Source: Mizuhopecten yessoensis (lineage: Eukaryota). Taken from it: DNA of 64,000 bases. The stretch spans positions 253,854 through 317,853 of the forward strand of contig NW_018408296.1 of NCBI RefSeq assembly GCF_002113885.1, read 5' to 3'. This document shows, in pieces, positions 1 to 12,157 of the stretch. The notes under the pieces were generated by a model. The model made no database searches, was not told where the DNA came from, and saw nothing but the letters and a program-made list of their open reading frames with translations. Each line of letters starts with the position of its first letter. Within the stretch, counting starts at the first letter, position 1. The position numbers were made by a program, and so were the translations under genes.

Positions 1-1110
1 ACGACGTCATGAAATCAGGACAACCATGTACTCTTCACCATACACGACACAAAAGAATAAACAGGATCACCTCATCACTAATGTACACCATATTTATAAA
101 CGTGTTGATATCCTCACGTCCATCTCTGACAATGGCATGGTATTTATTGAATCTGCCAACAATCCAACAATGTACAATGCATGATACCAATCTGAGGTAG
201 AACATACAGAAATACGTTCACCGAAGAAATACTGCATTATGCATGCCCTCCTTTATTCATTTAAGAACCTATTTAACACCACTGTTACTGCCAACAACCT
301 GTGATTAGTCAACCAACAGGTGTTCAGAAAAAAGGACCTTATCTCCGACAAACAAGGAAAATATTTAGAACCACAACCCAATGATAGACTTAGTCCTGAA
401 AGAGAAGATCAAACTAGGGAGGCAGCACTAGAAGATATAAAAGTCACTCAAGTATAATTTTACTAGAGAAGCTGATCAGGAAGAAACAGAGGACATGGGG
501 ACGGGAATTCTGTAGATATGTTGAGAGCATGGTCATCCCGAATAAAAAAAAAAAGATAACACCATCTCCAGTGTGTTCAGCAAGATTTGGACCTTTATTG
601 TTGTCCACAGTTACAAATAGCAATTTGGCACATCCTCACTACGGGATTAAAGGAAATTGGACCAAGGCGTAGTAGATACAGTTGTAGGACCAACCTTCTT
701 AACAAATAGTTCTATTTCGGCATCGCACACAAATACTTTCACTACTTCAAAGAAACTGCTAACCTCTGAGCGACAACCGTCAATGTCCATTTCATTTATG
801 ATATCAAAATTACCACCAATGGCACTGCAGCAGATGACATCTTCAGGAGTAATGAAGGAAACACACTGGGTTAATCAAGAAAAGACACTTACTTTTTTTC
901 TAAATTTCTGAATTTCTAGTTAACAAATGTATCAACTATTCCTTGGTTGCTTTTACTTGTCCTGCCTCGGTATTTGCCGGGAACATATCAGTTTGGGATA
1001 GGGAGAGATTGTAAACAAAAACAAGACCACAGGACTAACATACATGGAACCAAGTCTAACTAAGACTAACGAACTCATTTCAGTGTCAAACGCTGCTTAT
1101 GCAACGTAAC
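1..1110 (-). mobile_element. Possible heavily decayed L1/Tx1-type ORF1 (gag-like) with 5' UTR
   Basis: Minus-strand fragments across frameshifts read ITPEDVI, KWTLTV, VFVCDAEIELFVKKVG, VYISDEVIL and a zinc-knuckle-like remnant CRV..GEE..HGCPDF near position 1-60. No intact ORF. Confidence 0.3.
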
Positions 1111-1111
1111 T

Positions 1112-1300
1112 ATAAGTATAATAACAATTCTTGTATACCGCTTTATCACAACCAAGTTCGTAGGCCGTCTCAAAGCGGTTCACAAATTATTATTAGTGGT
1201 TACAGGGCCTTTGCAACTAGCCAATACCTTTCTCAACTCCCTGAGTAGCATACAGCCGGTGCTGCCATTTCGGCGCTCAAAGCTAGCATCCAACAATTCC
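1112..1300 (-). mobile_element. SINE, 5'-truncated copy of the family at 39081-39428
   Basis: About 170 bp closely matching 39107-39280 (ataccgctttatcacaacc...gctgccatttcggcgctca), with an AT-rich tail at 1112-1127. Confidence 0.85.
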
Positions 1301-1977
1301 AGGTTTGGTACAAGATGACCGGCGCACTGATAATATGATCATGACGTTTAAGAAGACAAACGTCTGCTGCAGCCAATTAAAGGCAACTTTACCTTCACAT
1401 CTGTCTGCTTCACGTTATTGAGTACGTCATTACCTTAACCATCACGACTGGTGGTGAAGATAACGACTTTTTTTGCAGTCTATAATAGGGTTTTAGAAAG
1501 GACTGATCGAGTGAAACCCAAATCATTGACTTTCTGGATGGTGTAAATGCTAGTCTTCTGTTCATTTTCAGTTTAGTTTGTCCTTGTGACTTGATGAGTG
1601 AACCGTAGATATGACCCTGGTATCGAACCTGGTACTAAACTACAAATACTCTCGCTCAACATTTTTTTTAGTATTAAAAATGAACGGATAACTCTCGCAG
1701 ACCGTTCTGGTTCTCCCACTTACGGTACAATGTGAAACTTTCGAAATGTGATATAAAAGGAAGTTTTTACTGGAGAACAGGTGCATACTCGGTGACTTTT
1801 ATTCATAAAGCGATTGTTACAAGTACTTTCTACATTCATCACTTTAAGGAATTAACATCACAGATAATTATAATCGATGCATACCAGGAATTATTATATG
1901 CTTAAAAATGTCTCGCAATCTTATTGGTCGGATCCTATACACGGGACCAGTCCTCAAAAACTCATATAGACGGGTTA

Positions 1978-2789
1978 TGCTACGTTTACATTATGTTCCC
2001 GGTGGCCAGGGCAATCACGTTTCAGGCCAACGTGGACAAAACGGGATGGACGTGAGATAACGCAAGGGGACGGGATGGGCCAACGTGACAGGGCGTGATT
2101 GCCGTGGTTGTCGGGCCAGATTTTTTAACTATCAAAAAATTTGCCATGGCAGTCACGGCGCGGATGAGAAACCTATTAGGCCGTAGTAAAACCGGGTGAA
2201 CGCAACAAAACGTGACAGTACGTAATAGGCGTAATATAACTTGGAGGCGGTCCGTAGTGGGACGGGAAGCGTGTGTGTTTTCCGGCATCTCACGGTCCTT
2301 TCAAGTTTTGTCAAGTTCTATCGCGTTTAGTCAAGCTAGGGTGTATGGAAGCTGTTTCGTCGCGTTCAATCCGGCGCGTCCCGGTGTGTGACGGTTTGCG
2401 GGCCCGGCGCGTTGCGTTCTACTCGGTCTGACACGGCGAGCGCGCGGTCTGGGAGGGAGTATATAAAAGCCAAAATCCCACGGCGCACTACGTTTCGTTC
2501 ACAAAATCTTCTTCATCTTGGGAATTCATGATGTTATCTTGTCGATTCGTCTCAGGATATAATGATTGCTTTTGCTTGGGGGGCCTTCTTGGGCACAAAC
2601 GTGCTCCAAAGTTGCCCGGTGTCCACGTTTCATCCGTGGAAAGCCTTGACAGAACGGATACCGTGACAGACCGTGGGAAATCTTGCCAAGACTTGAATTC
2701 AGAGAGGAAATGGCCAAAATCCCACGGCGCACTACGTTTCGGGCAAACGGGACTGCCGTGGCTGCCGGGAACATACTGTAAACGTAGCA
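1978..2789. mobile_element. Non-autonomous PIF/Harbinger-like DNA transposon (812 bp)
   Basis: About 55-bp imperfect TIRs (TGCTACGTTTACAtTATGTTCCCGG... / ...CCGGGAACATACTGTAAACGTAGCA) flanked by a TTA duplication at 1975-1977 and 2790-2792. GC-rich interior with no transposase. Confidence 0.85.
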
Positions 2790-2883
2790 TTATCGAAAAA
2801 AAGTCTATATGGAAATTCCCCGGAACTTGTCGTAGCGCATGAGCAGTTAAACCGGAACGCGATCTGTCAGACGACATCAGAAG

Positions 2884-3095
2884 ATGGGTGCTGGGAAACG
2901 CTTCGCCTCCGTTACATCAGAAAAATTCAAACAAATTGCTCGAAAAAAAATATGCGTTTAACTCAAAAAGGCCAACGAACACGCAGTACGTGTCTTCCAT
3001 GTTTATCTAAAGGAATATTACCTTTACGATGACTTCGAAAGCTACGAGGCCGAACTGTTGGATTCAATCCTTGCTAAATTTTACACAGAGAACCT
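2884..3095 (+). pseudogene. Frameshifted N-terminal fragment of a Crypton (tyrosine-recombinase transposon, DUF3504-type) protein
   Basis: Joined frames read MGAGKRFASVTSEKFKQ / LLEKKYAFNS / KANEHAVRVFHVYLKEYYLYDDFESYEAELLDSILAKFYTE. This fits the RF..S.EE...NT..A...F..YL...LD..L.KFY pattern of Crypton N-termini. Truncated before the catalytic domain. Confidence 0.7.
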
Positions 3096-4751
3096 AGAAT
3101 TTTTTTTTAAATTTTATTGTTGAAGCATATGATTAAACAGTTATGGGATTTTGTGCTGGTAAATAAGACGTGATATGAACATGAAAAGTGAAATATACCA
3201 GATTTGATACACATGTATCAGATCTGTATGCCTCATAATTAATAGTACAGTAATATGGAACCATTTCATGGTAAAGATTTTTGATTTCTTTTGAGGTGTA
3301 AAGGTATTTTTAAACATGTTAAAGGCTTACAACAACTTTCGATAAAATTCCATTTAAATGAAAGTATTTTTCAGAAGGGCAGCAAGCTCTAGAAATCTGA
3401 AAGTTAAAACATTATCGCCGGATTTTTTTTACTTCTGGTCAGTAAACCAAAATTGCTTGGCATCGCTGGAAAAATGGATATTTTTTTTCCAGAGAAATTT
3501 TAAATTTACGCAAATTGTGTCACACACGCGGGCTTGATCTTTGTTATTTCCCAAAACATGTCATTTGCATGGTTCTGAATTGTGAAAGAAATATTTTCAC
3601 TTACAGTGTACATATGGCGTCTGTTCGCCGTATCACGAGAACGAAGTCAATTTAAATATGCAGAAACAAATAGGAAAATCGATATTATGAACAACTAGCT
3701 TTGTACCTGTAACTATTTGAAATAATATTGAGGATGCTACATGTTAAGAACTAATATGTATAGAAACAACATTATTGAGTTCTTTATCATCATGGCAGAA
3801 TAAACACGAACAAAGATTTATTTGCATGAAATACATGGAACTCGGCGTCAGGACTTCTGTTAAAAACAAGAGTTCTCGCGTGTGAAAGCGTTCAAGCTTT
3901 GACTCCTAAAAACAAATGGCAGTGTGGGTTTTTTTAATTTATTTTTGCGTTTTGGTAATAGTTCTGGAATCTGCATTTCTCATGTACCTTTAATACAAAT
4001 AACTGAATAAGAAATAGTTGCTTGTGAACATTTTCGCGCAAATTTATTCAACAAGAAAAACAAGTATTTCAACATCTCAAAAATTTTCTTTTACAGTATG
4101 TTCCATCATACCATAGTACATGTCTATACAAATATCAGATACGTAGAGTGTTGCCTACTACAAGTCCTCGCTCCCTGCTCGTCAAATGGGACTGTATCGG
4201 TGAATATGCTGAGAGATACATGTTTATGTTATATACGTACATGTACTTATATACCATGATCAGTGACATCATATCCAGTAGTACAACTAACTAGAACTGC
4301 CGAACTGTTGTTTTCCGAGGCTGCATTAACGCACTGTGCCATCCCCTATACATCTATGTTGGACTTGCCAAGTCGTTGATAGGGTAAGGTTCAAATGCGA
4401 CTTTCAGGGGTGAATAGGTTAATGCCATGTTGTATTCTCAGGAGTGCTGTTTTGTCGAGAGGCATGAACTTAAAGCAGGTGGTAAAGTGTCCTAGAAAAG
4501 CATCGACGTGATTTTGCGAACCACCTTTTCGATGTAATAATGAAATTTGGCCTAGATTGTAAAGGGGAACAGGTTATTATCGGGTTGAAGTCCCCGAGGA
4601 GGTGGTGAACTTATGTTCTTGGTTGACATTAAATGTCGAATAACATTAGTTACAACGCATAGCACATATTTTTTTCCACCAAGAGCGCAGTGATTTTCTT
4701 TTAAATTTTTACAATTATGTCAGCTGCAAAAACGCTTTTGAAGTTGGCTAC

Positions 4752-4973
4752 GAGTTTGTTACATGTTTTGGTAAATTGAACTAAATGTCAAGACGTGTTT
4801 GTTACATGTTTTGGTAATTTGAACTAAATGTCAAGACGAGTTTGTCACATGTTTTGGTAAATTGAACTAAATGTCAACACGTGTTTATTACATGTTTTGG
4901 TAAATTGAACTAAATGTCAAGACGTGTTTGTTACATGTTTTGGTAAATTGAACTAAATGTCAAGATGTGTTTG
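4752..4973. repeat. 43-bp minisatellite, about 5 copies
   Basis: Unit gtgtttgttacatgttttggtaaattgaactaaatgtcaagac at 4752, 4795, 4838, 4881, 4924. Confidence 0.95.
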
Positions 4974-5983
4974 CATTATGATTTTTGTTTTCCAATATTT
5001 TTGTGGCAATACGTGATTTTGAAAATAATCTGGTCTATCATAAATCCCCTCGTCTAGGTTGGGTATCGTGAGCGGTCCCAGATTCCAGGATAAAGAATCC
5101 GGGGGGAAGCCAGAACAATAGACAAACGGTTTTACCTAAGCCAAAAAAAAACGTGTACAGCTGACAAGTATCGGTTTAATTTATAAGAAAAAGCATGAAC
5201 TAATGAATTTATGTAAAAAAATGTAATAGGGATGCTGTTACGATCAATTGAATTATTACAAAAGATTCCGGATATTTCATAACGGTCAGACACTTTTTTT
5301 TTTTTTTCAAACTAAAATATTTTATTGTAAAGATCAAGTTAGTGTTTGCAACCATTTAATATTAATGACACAGGAATTTAACATTACTAAAAATATCATG
5401 AATTTGTTTGAAATAGCGCATTCAATCAATACGATGTTTTACTGTTAGTGGAAGATCACAAACATGACAATGATGCTTGATAGGTGAACTATACAATCTG
5501 TATTCATGCCTCAATGATCAATATCCTCTTGAATAATGCGTAATGGATTTTATATATAAGTACATCAACTTTTTTTCACCTTAACACGTACAAGTAAATG
5601 TGCATTTATATATACTCTATAGCAGCTTATAATTACATAATAACTATGTTTGTGGCCTACCTACCCCCCCCCCCCCCCCCCCCCCCCTCAACTTTATTTA
5701 TTACTTTTTCCTTGTACATGTTATGAATTAAAAGGAAGCTAAATATGTAAAAAAAAAAAATATGTATATGAGGCTTTGTAGAGATCAAACTTACTTATGA
5801 AATATTCTGACTCAAATAAAATTGCTGATATGATATATACTAGGTGCACTAACGGACAGTGATTCCCCAGAATAAAGAGATCCCGATATAATGAACAGAA
5901 ATCCATCTCTCAGTTAATATTAGTGTATTGGGTTAAGCGGATGTTGGATAACAGAAACAAAACTGCCTACATCTGCACAAACC

Positions 5984-7100
5984 TGTAATTAGAGATAGCT
6001 ACAATTGACTGACATGTACACCTAAGCTAAATTGGAACGTATGGTTACGTGGAAATTGGGGATAAATACAATGCAGTACGGTACGATAGGGCAGAGTAGG
6101 GAAGAGCGTAGTCCGAATTATCCTGACGTTTTATCGACTTTTTTTTTTATATCGGTCTGTCGTCGATTAACGTCAGAACTAGTACTCCGGCCCTCTATAA
6201 TATGCGGGAAATAAGCGACCCGCGCCTGATAAACTGATATTTTAGAAACAAATCGTCACTTTCACACACATGTCGCACATGGATCGAAAGATCTATTCTG
6301 TATGCACAAGATGAACATAAATTAAATGCCTCAAACAACCAATTCAATCACTTAAAACATATTTTTTCAAACATATTTTTTCAAACTTACTCTGTTTTAC
6401 TTTACGTTTTTGATAGCCCCGCATTCTAATGCTACGTGACTAAAATCTCGCCGGCCTACGTCCTAACGTTGGGAAATACCTTCGGTAACGCGAGATCTCG
6501 TCAAAACATGTGACATTGCTCATGCCCTAATTTCCATTAAAAACATGGGTTGGTATAGAAAACGTTGGAAAATACTGTTCGTAGTGATCTTTGTGCGACA
6601 TGTGTTTGAAAGTGACGATTTGTTTCTAAAATATCAGTTTGAAGAGCGACCCAGGCGCGGGTCGCTTATTTCCCGCATATTATAAAGGGCCGGAGTTCTG
6701 ACGTTAATCGACAGACCGATATAAAAAAAAGTCGATAAAACGTCAGAATAATTCGGACTAGGGAGAGCGGGGCAGAGCGAGACAGAGTGAGGAAGGAGGG
6801 TACATTTGTATGTGTTTTTGGCCAGCAGAAGGAACTGGTCTTAGATGTCAGGGAGAGTGTCTTGTGTCTTAGAAGCTAGAGAGATAGGAGTTTGATACAG
6901 CTTACCTTACTTAGCTGGAAGGTTTGAGACATTGACTGAAAGATTTGACACACAGCGCGAAGAAGTATGCGTTCATATTACTGTACGTAGATGAGATGTT
7001 GTTACCACCTGTATATGTACTTGAAATGTGACTGTGATTTAAATCTATGAATAAACGATGACTGTTACCAACTTCGCGTGTTTATGGCTACTGTGTAACA
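5984..7100 (+). mobile_element. Putative solo LTR interrupted by a MITE
   Basis: Starts TGTAA, ends GTAACA, with AATAAA about 45 bp before the end. About 460 bp once the insertion is removed. No convincing TSD. Confidence 0.4.
6109..6760. mobile_element. Long-TIR MITE with TAG termini and 9-bp TSD (AcademH- or MULE-like)
   Basis: About 180-bp TIRs starting TAGTCCGAATTAT and ending ATAATTCGGACTA. Flanks GGAAGAGCG (6100-6108) and GGGAGAGCG (6761-6769) match 8/9. Confidence 0.9.
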
Positions 7101-8382
7101 ATCAATTATCCTTATTATTTAAAAAATAATTAAAATATTTTCTTGCATCATTTCATGTACAAACATGTGCCTACTTTTGCGATTCGTGCTTAAATGTTTT
7201 TATGCTTTTTCTTTATATATATATATTTTTTTTTTTTGTAAAATGACACCTACTTTACAATTTGTATTCAGATAATTCGTCATTAATACACTAATGTTTT
7301 CCTGTTTCGGCAAAAAAGATCACTCTGAAAACCCCGTCAAGTAAAACTAATATTAGAAACACAAGCTTAAATAAAGCTAGTGAATGTTGAATATTCTGAC
7401 ACATCACGAAATTAAAAATAATCCATCAATTTACGTCTGACCGCATTTCTAGTCTCGATAACAGTCATGGGACAACTATGTAGACATGTGTCGCGTGACA
7501 ATTTTTTCACATCTATATTTATGCGCTATTGTACGGGGAATGCACTTCCCGTAAATGGACCGCGCTTGACATGAGTTGAATATAAATACAAGGAAGTGTT
7601 GCAGAAATTTACTCGTTGGAATATCAATTTCAATGTCTGTCAAAACATACAATATCAGGCCGAGTAATAGGATGCATATGTACAAATCCATTACTTATTT
7701 AAAGCGCGTACGCGTGCTTGTATTCAACAGATGTGATTTTGTCAAAAATATCGGTTAATATATTATTAAGTCATTAATTCGAAAGGCTATGTAAATAACT
7801 TGTGTTAAACAAACGTATTCATTAAAGTGTCGTCCATCATACTGTTAGTCTGATCTCCCACAGGAAGCAATAAATTAAAAACCATGCAACGAGCAAAAAT
7901 CCGGTCATTATCCATTCAGATACTTCTATCTTCCTGCTCGGATATGATATTTCCGGATATTGGTTTCTCGCACCTCAGACAGAGATATCCCACGTTATAC
8001 TCCATGCTAGATTATTCTATCTCGTCCGATCTTTTTTGTACCTTTACGTGACATTTCACGGAATTTTTACACTGTGATGTATTCATCCGCGCGTTAACTG
8101 CTTGAAATTGACAATTTGCATTATAAACGTTCTGTTTTGTCGTTATATGTATTATTTTGATGTTGTTAGATATTCGATGTTTTAGATGAAATATAATTTA
8201 TACTGTGAAATACGCTGAAAAATATGAAAGGACGGACTACCTTTTTACGCGGAATCATTCAAATGTAGCTTTACATGTAGTAGTGAAGAGGTCATTATCA
8301 TATGAGACACAAGGTGGGATACTTGTAGTTTTTAGCAAAATTGAATAGTTTTTTTCGAACCAAAAGGTGTGAGAAAATAAAT

Positions 8383-8508
8383 CTGAGCGGATCGGGTTAT
8401 CTCAGTCTCGGGTTTAGATTCTGTAACATCCCAACCTCGGCTTACACCTCGGTTGAGATTTATTTACAGAATCTTAACTCTCGACTGAGATAACCCAATC
8501 TCGCTCAG
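8383..8508. repeat. Hairpin, probably the subterminal palindrome of a Crypton-type non-autonomous element
   Basis: Arms ctgagcggatcgggttatctcagtc..agattctgtaa / ttacagaatct..gactgagataacccaatctcgctcag around a cctcggcttacacctcgg centre. Confidence 0.7.
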
Positions 8509-8537
8509 TTACAGGTAAAATATTATATTAATACACT

Positions 8538-8800
8538 ACCCGGACCTTATCTATCCGGATAATATTTTATACTTATCCGGATGTCATTTTTCTGATTACT
8601 AGTACATGCTCCTACCTATCCAGACCTCATATATACCGATACAAGTATCTGCCTTTCCGGACCTCTTTTCTCTGGATACTAGTACATTCTGTATTTACCT
8701 ATGCGGACCTCATGTATCCAGAAACTAATATCTGCCTTTTTGAACCGTATTCATCCGGATACTTGTATCTACTTAGATGGACCTAATCTATCTGGATATT
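8538..8800. repeat. Degenerate tandem repeat of about 40 bp
   Basis: Recurring ccggacct...ccggatactagta..t motifs. Confidence 0.65.
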
Positions 8801-9059
8801 AGTTATCGTGGTTTTCCTTTTAATAATCACTTGATACATTAACTACTTAATATAGGTACCGGGAGTTCCCACTCAACATAGAAGTAAATAAAAGTAGTAA
8901 GAAAGTAAGATGGATTGGGAGTTCCATTTCAGCATAGAAACATATTTACAATTTAGAATTCCACTGTGATTTTCGTATATGCATTTACCTTCCCTCAATT
9001 TCGTTTTGAAAATAGATTTAGCGCAACTAATGAGACATACAACTTCTTTTGACTAATTT

Positions 9060-9560
9060 TGGTAAGTTGGTAAGAGCAACAGTTTAATGGTCTGAGGTCC
9101 ACGGTTCGAATCGAACTGTCCTATTACTCAAAATCATATTCTGTACTCAAGCCCAATTTGGTGTTCCGGTTGAAAATTAATGAAAACATTCTTATCTTGG
9201 CATTAAGTTTAAAAGAATTTTGGAGAGATTATAAGTTGAGCACCATTTTCAATGCATTGACTTGAACTCGAATTTGACGATGTCACGTGATTTTACCCCA
9301 GTTACAAGAGGGTAGGTAAGTTGAATGCAAAGGCATGCTTTATCGTGAGAACGGTTCATGAATACGGGCCTGGTGTTGCCCCGCTGAACTCTTTAATCCA
9401 TAACGTTGTTGTTGATTATATTTTGTTTCTTTCGTCTTTATTATTTTTCATAAAAGTCACGCAAAATTAAGTTTCTTTTTCAAAAATGAAATATATAGTC
9501 ATGCTGGAAAAGTACATTTTCCATGCATAACCACTGTTTTTAGCAGTGGCACGTGGAACA
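9060..9560 (+). mobile_element. Repeat family with a tRNA-like segment (copy 1 of 3), interrupted by a MITE
   Basis: A/B-box-like ggtaagttggtaagagc..ggttcgaatc, followed after the insertion by ttatattttgtttctttcgtctttatta, shared with 31921-32185(-) and 33080-33309(+). Confidence 0.6.
9119..9370. mobile_element. Diverged copy of the CWG-TSD MITE family
   Basis: Right end gagaacggttcatgaatacgggc matches the 21998 and 51958 copies. CTG on both sides. Left TIR eroded. Confidence 0.65.
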
Positions 9561-9735
9561 GTGGCCTTTCATCAAGATGGTCTGGGTTTGATTCCCAGGT
9601 CAAACGAGGAAAAGTATTGGCCTGCCTGACCACGTGGATTTTCCCTTAGTACAATGTACTCTGGTTTCCTCCCACATTAGGACCGCTGTGCGTGTCCTTC
9701 CAGGCTAACATAAGCAATTACCACAAACTGTAAAA
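9560..9735 (+). mobile_element. tRNA-derived SINE with V-domain-like core
   Basis: B-box-like ggtttgattccc, then gtggattttccc..gtactctggtttcctcccaca, typical of the V-SINE core. Confidence 0.65.
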
Positions 9736-10184
9736 TAATAGCTTAGAACCTGTGAAAGCATTATTGTATATGCATACCTGCGATATCGATTATGTAAGAT
9801 TCTCTGACTATCTGATCGAGACTTGTACGGAAACATCTATAGACAAATTAAACTAGTACTTACAGGTTAATTAGCAACCGACATTTGAGAAGCTTCAATG
9901 CGCACTCATTTGCCTTTTTTCGTGCAATGACTTTAAGTTATACAGGGGTTCATATTTCGCAATGATTAACTCATAGCTTAGCGCTGGCTCGGTCCCCGTT
10001 GGAAGCACACTACTCTCTTTCCTGATAGAAACGGTGTCCGTGGCCCTTCCTGTGGTGACAGGGAGTTAGAACATGGGTTGCTGTGATGTTTGAAGGCGAA
10101 AATAGGGGAGTTATGTGATAGATTTTAATATATATAAATATGACCATGGTCACCTTCTAACTTCGCCAAAGAGGGAATTTCCCT

Positions 10185-10280
10185 TCAGCTCCATCTGTTG
10201 AGCTGCGGACTGGGAAACTGGGGGTCGCTGGTTCGATCCCCGATGGTAGCACACTACTTTCTTTCCTGTTACAAATGGAT
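10185..10280 (+). repeat. tRNA-derived repeat fragment, with a related partial copy at 9975-10035
   Basis: agctccatctgttgagc..ggttcgatcccc followed by agcacactactttctttcctg, also seen at 10003-10025. No proper acceptor stem. Confidence 0.55.
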
Positions 10281-10730
10281 TTAAAAAGCGAATTGATGAG
10301 TAGGCTGTCAATGGAAGTTAGATTAGTGGGGCGTATACAACAGTTATTCAATATAATAAAATGTCGTCCAAAGCATCCATTTCCAACATATTTTTATCAA
10401 TTTTTTAAGAAAATAACATTTCTTACTTCTGTGTGATTAACAAAACAGCAATACTTCAGACTAAAAATACAGTAGGATCCCTATACAAGTTTATTCAACC
10501 ACTGTTTGATAAAATTAGTCTTAATCAATCAATCTAAAAAAAAATATATGCAAACATGAAAATGCTGTCGTAGGTTACAGTTTCGTGTCATTTGTACATG
10601 ACACAAAGAGCTGAATAGGAAGTTGATTGGGTTGTCGACGCAAACTCCAGGACAACACCCTTAGTAAGACACACCTCCCTTTCCCAACCGAAGTTTAGCA
10701 CATGGCCATGACATGTGGTGAAGTTACAAG

Positions 10731-10895
10731 CACAGGGACCTGAGAACATGTACAAGTATATACATGTATCATAATTGGGGGTAGCATTTTTGTACAGAAA
10801 ATTGATCCGAACCCCTAAAACGTGTAGAATTACTCTTTACACCTTAGTTTAGATCCAAATATACAGTACCTATAACAAATTATCAGGTCCCTGTG
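10731..10895. mobile_element. 165-bp MITE with P-element-like ends
   Basis: 16-bp TIR CACAGGGACCTGAGAA / TTATCAGGTCCCTGTG (15/16). Flanks GTTACAAG (10723-10730) and GTTACAAT (10896-10903). Confidence 0.8.
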
Positions 10896-11138
10896 GTTAC
10901 AATGAGTATGTGGACAGATGCAGAGGACTTCTAGAACTAGCATTCAAAAACTGGAAACGCAACAGGTATATAGTTACAGGCTAGATATGAATGATACATC
11001 AACTCACGAGATGATAAGTACATGTATATATATTCCTGAACAGGTTTCGATGTCTGTAACATGGACGAGGGCAGCTGTTTAGAATGAGGTACACTTTTTG
11101 TATTGATTTCATGCATGCGTTTTAATCTGGAAAGGGCG

Positions 11139-11304
11139 AGACTGCCACAGATAAAGGACAGGCGAGATAAGGTCATGGACAAGTGGCCCTAGACTGTCAC
11201 AGATAAAGGACAGGCGAGATAAGGTCATTGGCAAGTGGCCCTAGACTGTCACAGATAAAGGACAGGCGAGATAAGGTCATGGACGAGTGGCCCTAGACTG
11301 TCAC
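11139..11304. repeat. 52-bp tandem repeat, 3 copies
   Basis: Unit agactgtcacagataaaggacaggcgagataaggtcatggacaagtggccct. Confidence 0.95.
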
Positions 11305-11934
11305 TGATTTTGAGGAAGCCACATTATCACGTACGTGTGCATTGCGGTATATCTTAGATGAAAGCTGATCAACAAGTGTAAAAAAAATAATATTTTTTTA
11401 GTAAGGCAGACAGTGATAATTGGATTTCCTATCAGGAGATGACGCAGAGACGGCACAAGGAGAAAAATTGAAGCTGAATTTAGAGCGAAAATTTTGCGAA
11501 GTCAGCGTGTTAATGTTTGTCTCGCCGTAAAACACACCGTGGATGAGAGTGGGGAGGTGGGGGTGGGGGTGGAGGGTGTTGATATTGTCCTCTAAGGCTT
11601 TGTATGAGTTGACAGGCTGTAAAATACCGATGTGATTATCCAACTCCTAACTACAATATGGCAACATCTTATAAAAAACTAAAAACCAAGCTTACGTAAC
11701 AAAGTTAAGGCTAACGTTAATAATTGACTTATTTATGTATTTGCCGCTCGAATCTCAATAAAAGGGCTTCGTCTAAGAGAGCGGATGGATTTCTATTATT
11801 ATTATTATGGTGATGATGATTAATGTACTGTTTAGGGCGCATTTTCAGTGCAAATAAGTCAGAAACCCGGCTTTTTTTTTATAGAACTAGACGTGCGGTA
11901 TTGTTTGCCTGCTGACTTCCTAGGCGCGTGTCGG

Positions 11935-12157
11935 TTTGTTTGTGTTTTACATTCAATGAACAGCTTAGATCCTTTATAAGGACGTGCCAGGTTTTCGTGG
12001 TGGAGGAACCCCGGAATACATAGAGGAAAACAACAACCTGCGATCAGTACCTGGCGACTGCCCCACGTAGGCCTCGAACCCACGACCCGTTGGTGAAGGA
12101 CTAGTGGTACATTTAGCACAATGTAAGATGCCCTAGCCACTCGGCCACCGCGGCCCT
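11935..12157 (-). mobile_element. Full-length tRNA-headed V-type SINE with TSD
   Basis: Minus strand has A box GGTGGCCGAGTGG, B box GGTTCGAGGCC, V-like core ttttcctctatgtattccggggttcctccacca and a CAAA-type tail. TSD GCGCRTGTCGG at 11924-11934 and 12158-12168 (10/11). Confidence 0.88.

Larger units (their letters stand above)
1895..3250 (+). mobile_element. Crypton-derived non-autonomous element, interrupted by the 1978-2789 insertion
   Basis: Contains the decayed Crypton-like coding fragment at 2884-3095. Outer boundaries are approximate. Confidence 0.55.

Noticed and set aside
2022-2877. Several ORFs in the GC-rich island
   Set aside because: They lie inside the Harbinger-like element, show no recognisable domain, and are expected by chance at high GC.
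3319-3993. Kolobok-like element bounded by TTAAAGG..CCTTTAA
   Set aside because: Terminal match is only about 7 bp and could be chance in AT-rich DNA.
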